A program made the position numbers and the translations under genes. Shown piece after piece: positions 30,507-38,256 of a stretch of 42,135 nt of DNA (the first letter of the stretch is position 1; each line of letters starts with the position of its first letter). This DNA is from a virus (lineage: Duplodnaviria; Heunggongvirae; Uroviricota; Caudoviricetes). Under the pieces are notes generated by a model. It was not told the origin of the DNA, did not search any database, and worked only from the letters and a program-made list of their open reading frames with translations. The DNA is taken from the IMG/VR virus record IMGVR_UViG_2558860274_000001, positions 1 to 42,135 of that record. One strand, given 5' to 3'.

Positions 30507-30528
30507 CAAAAACCCGCCGAAGCGGGTT
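30507..30528 (-). terminator. Rho-independent terminator downstream of hokD
   Basis: Minus strand AACCCGCTTCGGCGGGTT followed by TTTTGC; same hairpin core as at 28678. Confidence 0.6.
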
Positions 30529-30596
30529 AAGTGCGGGTGCGTTGAGGATGCCTGGCACATCAGAGGTGGCGGGAGATTACTCCCCCGCCGGGTCTC

Positions 30597-30752
30597 TTAC
30601 TCCTCAGGTTCGTAAGCTGTGAAGACAGCGACCTCCGTCTGGCCGGTTCGGATTCGTACCTCGCAGAGGTCTTTCCTCGTTACCAGTGCCGTCACTATGA
30701 CGGTTAAACAGATGACGATCAGGGCGATTAACATCGCCTTTTGCTGCTTCAT
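30597..30752 (-). CDS. hokD: Hok-family type I toxin (HokD/RelF-like), 51 aa
   Basis: Manual translation MKQQKAMLIALIVICLTVIVTALVTRKDLCEVRIRTGQTEVAVFTAYEPEE; below the ORF-track size cutoff. Confidence 0.85.
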   Translation of the reverse strand: MKQQKAMLIALIVICLTVIVTALVTRKDLCEVRIRTGQTEVAVFTAYEPEE

Positions 30753-31041
30753 AGCCTGCTTCTCCTTGACCTTTTGGTCCGTAAGAGGCTAATCTCTATG
30801 TGTCGCATAGATATGGCCTCAGATTAATGTTAAGCGTCTTGCAGGACGCGTAATGTTAACTGGGGCTTTTCTCTATCTGCCGTTGGTGTTCATGCCTGAG
30901 GCAGATAGCCTCAAGCACCCGCAGCAATTCTACTTAACTCTCCTTTTCCCGCAAATCGTTTTTATCCCCAGCGGCAAATCGAATACACCACCAGCGCCAC
31001 CGCCATTGCAATTCCCATCGTTGCGAATGCTTCAGGCCAGG

Positions 31042-31761
31042 TCATTGACTCACCTCCAGCGGCGGTTCTGGTAGCGGCATCCAGTGAGTTACTTGCCCAA
31101 GGTCATTACCCGGACTAACTGCTATACCTCCGCGTCGGAACGTGTCTCCGATATAGCGTGCGGAATATATTAATGGCCCAGCCTCGCTGTCGATATTCAC
31201 CGAAATAAGCACGTTCTGGCTCTTTTCAGGCGTTCGCTCACTGCAGCTTATCCAACTATCCGGAGCTCCCGGAGAGTTGCCCGACAGCTCGTTCAACTTG
31301 TAAGTCTGGCTTACAGGCTCGTCACCATTAAGCATGGCGTTGCTCCGCTCTATACCATCCAGCGCGATTCGCAGTGCCTGAATTGTGGTAGTGCTATCGT
31401 TTGGGGCTATTCCATATCGCTCGAATACAGCGATATGACCGCGCATAATCTCAGGTGTAAGTTCTTTGTAAGCATAAGCAAGAGACGCTGATGCATTATC
31501 CGGCACAACCGACGCAGGCGCGGCAGCATAAACAGGAATAACGTCCGCTTGCTCTTTATTGCTTTCATCCGTTAAAGCCCAGAATAATTTCCCGGCTGGA
31601 TGTTTGAAAATATAAGCAATTGGTTCTGCTTCCAGCGATGCCAGAGCAATTTTGAATAACTCACCCTCTACTCGTGCCCCCCCTGAATTGGGGTGGCATT
31701 TCGCAATCGCTATTTTTAATTTAGCTTCTTCGATTAATTGCTCTTTTGTTAATTCAGTCAT
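31042..31761 (-). CDS. DUF551 domain protein
   Basis: 239 aa ending QVTHWMPLPEPP motif. Confidence 0.6.
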   Translation of the reverse strand: MTELTKEQLIEEAKLKIAIAKCHPNSGGARVEGELFKIALASLEAEPIAYIFKHPAGKLFWALTDESNKEQADVIPVYAAAPASVVPDNASASLAYAYKELTPEIMRGHIAVFERYGIAPNDSTTTIQALRIALDGIERSNAMLNGDEPVSQTYKLNELSGNSPGAPDSWISCSERTPEKSQNVLISVNIDSEAGPLIYSARYIGDTFRRGGIAVSPGNDLGQVTHWMPLPEPPLEVSQ

Positions 31762-31919
31762 TTTTCATTACCGCCCTTTCGGGCGGCCTCCTGATGTTTT
31801 GAGGGGGCAGGAATCCCTCCTGTTAAGGATTAAATTTTATTTACAGTGCTGAGATTAATTATTCAGATTTGGATTATGTTTTCTCTTTCACTTCACGCAG
31901 TCCTGATTGTTAATTTGGC

Positions 31920-32336
31920 TCACAGTATCACCTCCTGCAAACTTCCCTTCCAGAAAGCCAGCACCCGTTGCATAGCTTCGCTCTGGCGGCACTCGCGACA
32001 AATTATGTTCTGTCGTCTGTTGTAGCGACGTATTTCGCCATCTGGCAATGAATAAATCAGGTCAGGGTCGCTCTTCTTTTTCACTGCCGCTCTCGACATT
32101 TTTTTGCAGGCTTTTATCCAGTCCTTACGAGCCTGCTTCGAAGGAAATATTCCATGTCCTGAACCATATACTGCGCCACTAACTACCAGCTCTTTCGCCA
32201 GAACTTCTATCAGGTGCCTCGTTGCTCCGGTTTCATCCTCCAGTTGCTTACGTGTTTTCCGCCCATCCCGCTGTACCAGCTCCACAATGCGCGCCTTCAG
32301 TTGCTTCCTGTATTCAGGTGTAAAAACGTTTCCCAT
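31920..32336 (-). CDS. Hypothetical phage protein
   Basis: Start at internal ATG (MGNVFTPEYRK...) after RBS GTGAGG; track ORF extends to 32393. Confidence 0.45.
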   Translation of the reverse strand: MGNVFTPEYRKQLKARIVELVQRDGRKTRKQLEDETGATRHLIEVLAKELVVSGAVYGSGHGIFPSKQARKDWIKACKKMSRAAVKKKSDPDLIYSLPDGEIRRYNRRQNIICRECRQSEAMQRVLAFWKGSLQEVIL

Positions 32337-32343
32337 AAACGCC

Positions 32344-33084
32344 TCACTTTTCCGATACAACGCGACTGGTGGAATCGACAATCTGTCGGACAATATCCCG
32401 GTGTTTATTCAGCTCCCGCAGTGCTGCGCAGACGCGCTCCCACTTCTGGACACGGTTTTTTGCCCGGCGCAGTTCGCGGTTTGCCAGATGCAGCGATGGT
32501 AAAGTCAGGTCATCGGCTCGCGTTTTGGTGAACGATGGCAACGACTGCACAATGTCCGCCACAGTTTCTGTTTTAATTTCTTCCTGTATTGCAGCTTTCG
32601 GCTCTGCTGGTAAATTATCGTCCGGCATGCAGTAACGAAATTTACCGTTCTGATTTACGCGAATCAGGCGACCTTTGCTGATTGCCTGAGCCAGCGTTGA
32701 AGCCACTTTGCGTGATGTGGTACCGAACAACGTAGCCAGTTCATCCGCCGTTTGTGGTCCGCGTTGTTCAATCGTCGCGGTTAAATCGCACTCTGAGATT
32801 TTCGCTACTGTTGCTGTGGTGGTTTCTTCCGGCAGTTCTGCCTGCGCTGGCTGTTCCTGCTGAACGTTGTTATCAGCCACACGCCAGGTGTACGCGCTTT
32901 TATCAACAAAACCAGCATTTTTCAGTTCCCATAGTTCGTTAAGCACTTCTTCACGACTGATATCAAGTCGCGCCGCAAGTTCTATGGATGTGGCTTTTCC
33001 CATTGCTTTCAGTGCGTCAAAAACAGTCTCCATTAAATTTTTCTCCCGGTAAAAATCACTTCGTGATTCCTGGCTGGACGACAT
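32344..33084 (-). CDS. Hypothetical phage protein, possibly DNA-binding
   Basis: 246-aa ORF, overlaps DnaC-like gene stop. Confidence 0.45.
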   Translation of the reverse strand: MSSSQESRSDFYREKNLMETVFDALKAMGKATSIELAARLDISREEVLNELWELKNAGFVDKSAYTWRVADNNVQQEQPAQAELPEETTTATVAKISECDLTATIEQRGPQTADELATLFGTTSRKVASTLAQAISKGRLIRVNQNGKFRYCMPDDNLPAEPKAAIQEEIKTETVADIVQSLPSFTKTRADDLTLPSLHLANRELRRAKNRVQKWERVCAALRELNKHRDIVRQIVDSTSRVVSEK

Positions 33085-33802
33085 TCGGGCGCCAGCTTTC
33101 CCAGTTAAAATTCACCCAGCGTCCGCCGTTCATGGTCATGCGATCCATAATCCGCTCACCGAGCAATGTTTTCATGGCCTCATAGTTCAGGTTTGTCAGC
33201 ATTCCCACGCTACGCATCGACGCTGTCCGTCGATCAATAATCTGGTGCAGTACCACCTGCTCGTTTTTCGTCTCACGCTGAATGCCAATTTCATCAAGAA
33301 CCAGCAGATCCACTTCGCACAGTTCCTGCAAAAATTTTTCGCCTGACTGCCCGTCGTCATAGCTGGCGTGCAGGGCACTCATAACATCAGCCACAGTAAC
33401 CACTATCACTGTCTGGCCGTCTTTCAGCAGGCGATTTCCGATAGCCGCCGCCAGATGGTTTTTCCCGGTACCAGGTTTTCCACTGAACGCGAAATTTGTA
33501 CACCCGGTCATCAGTTCATCGGCGATGGATTTTGCCTGGCTTAACGCGTATCGCTGACCGTCGTTCTGCACCTGGTAATTCGCAAACGAACATTTGCGGT
33601 GCAACGGCTGGATGCCTGAGCGATTCAGAATTTTTTCCACCCGCAACTGACGATTCAGGCGGTTGATCTCCTCGCTACGTTTCTGGCCTTCGGCAAGCTG
33701 CCACTCGCGCCACTCCGCCACCGTTCTGTATGGAGCGGTTACATGTGGCGGGGTCAGTCTGCGGAGGCGTTCCAGAACACCACCTGTCGCAATATTTTTC
33801 AC
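33056..33802 (-). CDS. DnaC-like replicative helicase loader (AAA+ ATPase)
   Basis: Walker [10 protein letters not shown], Walker B LLVLDEIG; follows O-like gene. Confidence 0.85.
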   Translation of the reverse strand: MKNIATGGVLERLRRLTPPHVTAPYRTVAEWREWQLAEGQKRSEEINRLNRQLRVEKILNRSGIQPLHRKCSFANYQVQNDGQRYALSQAKSIADELMTGCTNFAFSGKPGTGKNHLAAAIGNRLLKDGQTVIVVTVADVMSALHASYDDGQSGEKFLQELCEVDLLVLDEIGIQRETKNEQVVLHQIIDRRTASMRSVGMLTNLNYEAMKTLLGERIMDRMTMNGGRWVNFNWESWRPNVVQPGITK

Positions 33803-33808
33803 AGTTCG

Positions 33809-34828
33809 TTACCCCCTGAACCCCGGCGGAATTTCGGTGTCCGGTTCAGAAATGTGATTCACACAACGCTGTACAGGCGAACGCCCCAGACGGATAACCA
33901 GCTCATCCCATTTTTCGCGAAGCTTTGACGGGCTCATGACGTTTTTTACCCAGAATGGATCCCGCTGTACCCGACCAAACATTTCGCAAATTTGCCTGTG
34001 AGTTCTGCCATCCAGCATCCGCATTGTGCGCACGTCATTGGCCCACACGGTCCAGTTTGGTTCTTTCGGTCGCATGATCTCGCCATCATCGCTGGCAGCC
34101 TGCTCGTAAAGACTCACGATTCGTCCCCAGATCCACTGCGCACAAGCTAAATCTTCCTGGCTACCCCACTGGCGTTTTTTCGCACTGAACACAACCGCGT
34201 CAGGGTGTCGGGTTAAAAAATCCTGTTCAGCCGTCTGCATGTCCGGTTGCGAAGCTTCCGGACGAGAAGTGTTTTTATTCTCTGTAGTAATCTCTGTTGT
34301 ATTCTCTGTAAGATCATCGGGCCATTTTGACCCGATGACATTGGGTCGTTTTGAACCAATGGAGCGTGCCATTTTGACCTCTTCCATCGTGTCATTTTGA
34401 CCTGATGGAGCGGCGCATTTTGACCTGATGGATTCGCTCACTTTGCCACCATCTAAAAGCTCACTCTCGTAATTAATCGTGTAAAAATTAGTCATGTCAC
34501 GCTTTGATTTGTTGAGCTTTTCGCAACGCAAAAGCCCCAGCGTTTTCAGACTTGTAAATGCGCGTTTTAACGTTGACTCTGACCAGAACGGGAACTGTTC
34601 CAGCCATTGTTCTGTTGTGTTATAAATCCAGCGAACCCCGTTACATTCCATGCCGGAATTAGTATCTCTCAACCAGTAATGCAGCTGCTGCAGTACAATG
34701 GCTTCATTCAGGCCAATTTTCATCGCCAGCTGCGTGTTAATAACCAGTGGGCGTTCAGCAAAAAGAAGACTCATAATTCCATCCGGCTTTTTGTTGATAT
34801 TGCTGACGATACGCATGCTTGAAAGCAA
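33809..34828 (-). CDS. Replication initiation protein (O-like), carrying ori iterons internally; start uncertain
   Basis: 339 aa; internal array of direct repeats; position upstream of DnaC-like gene. Confidence 0.65.
   Translation of the reverse strand: MLSSMRIVSNINKKPDGIMSLLFAERPLVINTQLAMKIGLNEAIVLQQLHYWLRDTNSGMECNGVRWIYNTTEQWLEQFPFWSESTLKRAFTSLKTLGLLRCEKLNKSKRDMTNFYTINYESELLDGGKVSESIRSKCAAPSGQNDTMEEVKMARSIGSKRPNVIGSKWPDDLTENTTEITTENKNTSRPEASQPDMQTAEQDFLTRHPDAVVFSAKKRQWGSQEDLACAQWIWGRIVSLYEQAASDDGEIMRPKEPNWTVWANDVRTMRMLDGRTHRQICEMFGRVQRDPFWVKNVMSPSKLREKWDELVIRLGRSPVQRCVNHISEPDTEIPPGFRG
34320..34450. repeat. Origin-like iteron array inside the replication initiator gene
   Basis: Five to six copies of CATTTTGACC(T)-like repeat at ~23-bp spacing (34323, 34347, 34370, 34393, 34416, 34439), flanked by an AT-rich stretch at 34451..34500. 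Confidence 0.65.
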
Positions 34829-35276
34829 TAGCTTTTTCTATAAGCTCGTCAGTCTCACGCTCCACAACAGCGGGATCTGCCAAAAGCAGACCGGACTCCA
34901 CCACATCGCCATATTCTTTGTTTAACCCGGCGATCATGTACGTAATGCTTTTTCCGTCAGTAATTTCACAATACAACCTGAAATCGCTGATCCGGATAGC
35001 CTCCATAATTGCCGGAATCAGCGCCATGAATTTTTCCCGCTTATCCCTGGTGTCGATAGCTTTCCAGCGTTCGAATATCTTCACCCGGTTAACGCCCAAC
35101 GCCCGTTGATCAACCTCGCCATCATTAAACGTGACGCGTTGAACATCGATGTTCGGGCGTTCTTTCAGAGCCCAGAATGCTTCCGTGATTAATATCGTCG
35201 CCTGCTCCTGTGTCATTCCTGGTCGGCATACCCAGGCATCCAGAGCCTCACAAACCTGTTCAGGGGTGATTTTCAT
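34755..35276 (-). CDS. Hypothetical regulatory protein in the cII position (YdaT-like?)
   Basis: 173-aa ORF between cro-like dicC and replication genes; family assignment not verified. Confidence 0.35.
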   Translation of the reverse strand: MKITPEQVCEALDAWVCRPGMTQEQATILITEAFWALKERPNIDVQRVTFNDGEVDQRALGVNRVKIFERWKAIDTRDKREKFMALIPAIMEAIRISDFRLYCEITDGKSITYMIAGLNKEYGDVVESGLLLADPAVVERETDELIEKAIAFKHAYRQQYQQKAGWNYESSFC

Positions 35277-35490
35277 TGTTCAACCGCCCCGCCCGCTTTG
35301 CCTTACGATATTCGTCATAAACTTTGGGGTCGTACTGAAGTTCCCCGCCGGATGCATCTTGCAGGCGCATCGCGCGACCTTCAGGTACTAGCTCCCCTTT
35401 CCAGCTATAAAGCGAAGCCAAACGAATACCAGCAGCTTGTGCAAGTTTTGTTTTTGAACCGAAATACAAAAGTGCGTCAGTTTTAAGCAT
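35260..35490 (-). CDS. dicC: DicC, Cro-like repressor
   Basis: 76 aa MLKTDALLYFGSKTKLAQAAGIRLASLYSWKG..., matches Qin DicC as I recall it; divergent from dicA. Confidence 0.85.
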   Translation of the reverse strand: MLKTDALLYFGSKTKLAQAAGIRLASLYSWKGELVPEGRAMRLQDASGGELQYDPKVYDEYRKAKRAGRLNNENHP

Positions 35491-35505
35491 TTAAAGCACC
35501 TTAAT

Positions 35506-35571
35506 TGTTAGCCATAACTAACAAAATAGATGTTAACAAAAACATAGTCAATAAGATTTAGCATTAGCTAA
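35506..35571. promoter_or_regulatory. dicA-dicC divergent control region with two palindromic operators
   Basis: TGTTAGCCATAACTAACA (35506..35523) and TTAGCATTAGCTAA (35558..35571), inverted-repeat arms TTAGC/GCTAA. Confidence 0.6.
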
Positions 35572-35573
35572 CT

Positions 35574-35981
35574 ATGGATACAAAAAATTTAACCATTGGC
35601 GAACGCATTAGATATCGCCGAAAAAACCTCAAATACACCCAAAGGTCTCTTGCTAAAGCCCTGAAAATTTCTCATGTATCGGTTTCACAATGGGAACGGG
35701 ATGATAGCGAACCTACAGGAAAGAATCTTTTTGCCCTCAGCAAAGTACTGCAGTGCTCGCCAACATGGATTCTATTTGGCGATGAAGACAAGCAGCCATC
35801 ACCACCTATTGAGGAGCCAGTTGCTCTATCCCCCAAAGAACATGAGCTCCTTGAGCTTTTTAATGCATTGCCTGAATCAGAACAGGATGCTCAGCTCACC
35901 GAGATGCGCGCCCGAGTAAAAAATTTCAACAAACTCTTTGAAGAGTTATTAAAAGCCCGTCAACGAACAAACAAAAGATAA
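35574..35981 (+). CDS. dicA: DicA, CI-like XRE-family repressor
   Basis: 135 aa MDTKNLTIGERIRYRRKNLKYTQRSLAKALKISHVSVSQWERDDSEPTGKNLFALSKVLQCSPTWILFGDE, matches Qin DicA as I recall it. Confidence 0.9.
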   Translation: MDTKNLTIGERIRYRRKNLKYTQRSLAKALKISHVSVSQWERDDSEPTGKNLFALSKVLQCSPTWILFGDEDKQPSPPIEEPVALSPKEHELLELFNALPESEQDAQLTEMRARVKNFNKLFEELLKARQRTNKR

Positions 35982-36005
35982 CGCAATCAATGCGTTATCT
36001 TTTTG
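35978..36005 (+). terminator. Rho-independent terminator after dicA
   Basis: GATAACGCA-ATCAA-TGCGTTATC followed by TTTTTGG. Confidence 0.6.
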
Positions 36006-36041
36006 GCCGCCCAGAATGTTAGCTATGACAAACAAAAATGC

Positions 36042-36070
36042 TTGACCAAATTGTTAGCCATGGCTAATAT
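36042..36070 (+). promoter_or_regulatory. dicB-operon promoter with overlapping operator
   Basis: TTGACC, 17-nt spacer, TAATAT; palindrome TTAGCCATGGCTAA (36054..36067) overlaps the spacer and -10; second operator-like site at 36017..36034. Confidence 0.6.
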
Positions 36071-36147
36071 TGCTTGCATCAAGACACCGCACGGTGTTCT
36101 CAGCAAACAGTTCCGCTACCCCGGCGTTAAGGGGAAATGAGGTCAGC

Positions 36148-36303
36148 ATGGATACTATCGATCTTGGCAACAACGAATCTCTGGTGTACGGCGTGTTTCC
36201 CAACCAGGACGGCACATTCACCGCGATGACGTATACCAAAAGCAAAACGTTTAAAACCGAAAATGGTGCCCGTCGCTGGCTGGAAAGAAACTCAGGTGAG
36301 TGA
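36148..36303 (+). CDS. ydfA: YdfA
   Basis: 51 aa from internal ATG MDTIDLGNNESLVYGVFPNQDGTFTAMTYTKSKTFKTENGARRWLERNSGE. Confidence 0.8.
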   Translation: MDTIDLGNNESLVYGVFPNQDGTFTAMTYTKSKTFKTENGARRWLERNSGE

Positions 36304-36304
36304 T

Positions 36305-36433
36305 ATGGATTTCGACACAATCATGGAAAAGGCTTACGAAGAATACTTCGAAGGCCTTGCCGAAGGCGAAGAAGCTCTCAGCTTCAGTGAGTTTAAACAG
36401 GCGCTTTCCAGCTCGGCAAAATCTAACGGCTGA
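36305..36433 (+). CDS. ydfB: YdfB
   Basis: 42 aa MDFDTIMEKAYEEYFEGLAEGEEALSFSEFKQALSSSAKSNG, manually translated; below track cutoff. Confidence 0.75.
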   Translation: MDFDTIMEKAYEEYFEGLAEGEEALSFSEFKQALSSSAKSNG

Positions 36434-36462
36434 TAAGCGAAGCAGCACCGCGAGGAATCAGT

Positions 36463-36681
36463 ATGCAGAAACGAGAACCCGTCATCATCGCGCCAGACTA
36501 TACCGATGATGAACTTTATGAGTGGATGCGCCAGAAAATTAATGCAGCGCAGGATCTGAAATGGGCCAATGAAGCCAGGGCTAAGCAGGCTGAAAATCTG
36601 TCCGCTCTGGAGCAGGATATCACCAATCTGGAAAAAGCAGCGGCATTAAGCATTGCCAGAATGATTACATACCCGCGTTAA
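36463..36681 (+). CDS. ydfC: YdfC
   Basis: 72 aa MQKREPVIIAPDYTDDELYEWMRQKINAAQDLKW... Confidence 0.8.
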   Translation: MQKREPVIIAPDYTDDELYEWMRQKINAAQDLKWANEARAKQAENLSALEQDITNLEKAAALSIARMITYPR

Positions 36682-36703
36682 TAGCTAACCAACGAGGCTA
36701 ATA

Positions 36704-37111
36704 ATGGAATTTAAAGATTTACCAAAAGAAATCCAGACAATTGCTGCAACGACTCTCGGTGATAGTCTGGTGAAAATTGACCCGGCATACACCAAAAAAG
36801 AAACCATCGATAATATGGTTCGTAATGTGCGCAATGCTTTTTCTGGGCTATATGGTTCTGATAATCAAAAGCAGGAAAGCGATGTTAATAAACGGGTAAT
36901 TTCTGTTTGCGTGAATGGCCATGTTCTTTCATCAATCAAAACAGAAACGGCGACAGTCTTCGATTGCCTTTGCATTGTACAGAGCCTTGTTGATGCCCTG
37001 TTTCGTTCAGTGAATTTAGAAAATGATGCAAATCTGCGAGGGCGCACAATAGCACATCCATATGCACATACTTTAGGCTCTGTGGATATCAAAGATCCCA
37101 CAAATCTTTAA
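36704..37111 (+). CDS. Hypothetical 135-aa protein in the dicB operon
   Basis: ORF with RBS GAGG upstream; 3' end overlaps a convergent ORF. Confidence 0.5.
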   Translation: MEFKDLPKEIQTIAATTLGDSLVKIDPAYTKKETIDNMVRNVRNAFSGLYGSDNQKQESDVNKRVISVCVNGHVLSSIKTETATVFDCLCIVQSLVDALFRSVNLENDANLRGRTIAHPYAHTLGSVDIKDPTNL

Positions 37112-37322
37112 TGAAATAGTTAACGCGAATTGTACTTGCTCTTTCAGTTGCTTTCAGAATACGCGTTGAAACTGCTGGCGGTAATTTGGTATTCCATTTA
37201 TTAAAATCATGCCCGGGAAAGTACTCTTCGAAAATACTTTTAACTGCAGACTCGCCTATTGAAATGCTGCTTACCATGCGATTTTGATAAAGGCATTTAG
37301 CAATAAGAGTTGATTTTAACAT
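37089..37322 (-). CDS. Hypothetical 77-aa protein encoded antisense to the dicB operon
   Basis: ORF with strong RBS AGGAGG-4nt-ATG on the minus strand; converges on and overlaps the 135-aa ORF by ~23 nt. Confidence 0.45.
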   Translation of the reverse strand: MLKSTLIAKCLYQNRMVSSISIGESAVKSIFEEYFPGHDFNKWNTKLPPAVSTRILKATERASTIRVNYFIKDLWDL

Positions 37323-37656
37323 TCACCCTCCTGAGGGTTGGTAATTAAGGAGTTCTCCACGGGTGAAATGGAGTGCGTGCGCCGGACACGGGTGAACATC
37401 CGGCACTGACAGTTTACTGAAAGGATATTTCTCTGAAAAGTCAGAGCATAACGCGAAAGCGCACGGCGAGGTTGCTGGTTCATAGATAGCCTGTCGTTAA
37501 ATTTTCGTCGACCGTGCGCTTCCGGTTGTGGCACTCCGCGAAATGGCGCGGCGGTAAGTATGGCGGGGTTATTCCTTCCCCCGTTGAGGACACCGGGTTG
37601 TCAGGTTGACCATACGCTTAAGTGACAACCCCGCTGCAACGCCCTCTGTTATCAAT

Positions 37657-37711
37657 TTTCTGTGACGTTTGGCGGCATCTGTTTGCCCATGAACTGATGT
37701 CCGCCCTTTTT
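37657..37711 (+). ncRNA. dicF: DicF-like small RNA (ftsZ-targeting sRNA homolog)
   Basis: TTTCTGTGACGTTTGGCGG...CCGCCCTTTTT resembles K-12 DicF (UUUCUGGUGACGUUUGGCGG...) with 3' terminator hairpin; located upstream of dicB. Confidence 0.7.
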
Positions 37712-37880
37712 AAAGTGAATTTTGTGATGCGGTGAATGCGGCTAAGCGCACGCGGAACAGTTAAAGCTAAAAACAGTGTTATGGGTGGATTCTCTGTATC
37801 CGGCGTTAATTGTTAACTGGTTAACGTCACCTGGAGGCACCAGGCACCGCATCACAAAATTCATTGTTGAGGACGCGATA

Positions 37881-38069
37881 ATGGAAACGTTATTACCAAA
37901 CGTTAATACGTCTGAAGGTTGTTTTGAAATTGGTGTCACTATCAGCAATCAGATATTTACTGAAGATGCCATTAATAAAAGAAAACACGAACAGGAACTG
38001 CTAAATAAAATATGCATTGTTTCGATGCTGGCCCGTTTACGTCTGATGCAAACAGGATGCAGGCAATGA
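37881..38069 (+). CDS. dicB: DicB cell-division inhibitor
   Basis: 62 aa METLLPNVNTSEGCFEIGVTISNQIFTEDAINKRKHEQELLNKICIVSMLARLRLMQTGCRQ from internal ATG. Confidence 0.85.
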   Translation: METLLPNVNTSEGCFEIGVTISNQIFTEDAINKRKHEQELLNKICIVSMLARLRLMQTGCRQ

Positions 38070-38256
38070 ATACGGCATTTGTACTCGTTCTGACTGTTTT
38101 TTTGTTTCTGGTGAACCGATTGATCTTGTTATTGACATACATGACTCAATGGAAGAATGCATGACTGCCGCGGCAGAGCAAAAAATTCCCGGGAACTGTT
38201 ATCCTGTCGACAAAATTATTCGCATGAACAATAACGAAATCCCGGCAGGCCTTTAA
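38066..38256 (+). pseudogene. ydfD: ydfD with apparent frameshift in a poly-T tract
   Basis: ATG overlaps dicB stop; MNTAFVLVLTVFL then stop after 32 codons; the alternative frame downstream of the T-run (~38096..38104) encodes VSGEP...ECMTAAAEQKIPGNCYPVDK...IPAGL, matching YdfD as I recall it. Confidence 0.5.

Noticed and set aside
30753-31041. relBE toxin-antitoxin genes adjacent to hokD
   Set aside because: Translation of the minus strand upstream of hokD shows no RelE- or RelB-like frame; only short peptides are encoded, so relBE is absent here.
34320-34450. Possible CRISPR array
   Set aside because: Repeats are short (about 10-12 nt), imperfect, lie inside a coding gene, and have no cas genes nearby; consistent with replication iterons instead.
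37316-37534. 72-aa minus-strand ORF, Arg-rich
   Set aside because: Falls within the GC-rich structured region, has no RBS and has extreme Arg content typical of a spurious frame.
37323-37656. Retron msr/msd or type III toxin-antitoxin RNA
   Set aside because: No reverse transcriptase gene nearby and no tandem array of near-identical repeats; only a duplicated 10-nt motif and generic stem-loops, so kept as an unclassified structured region.
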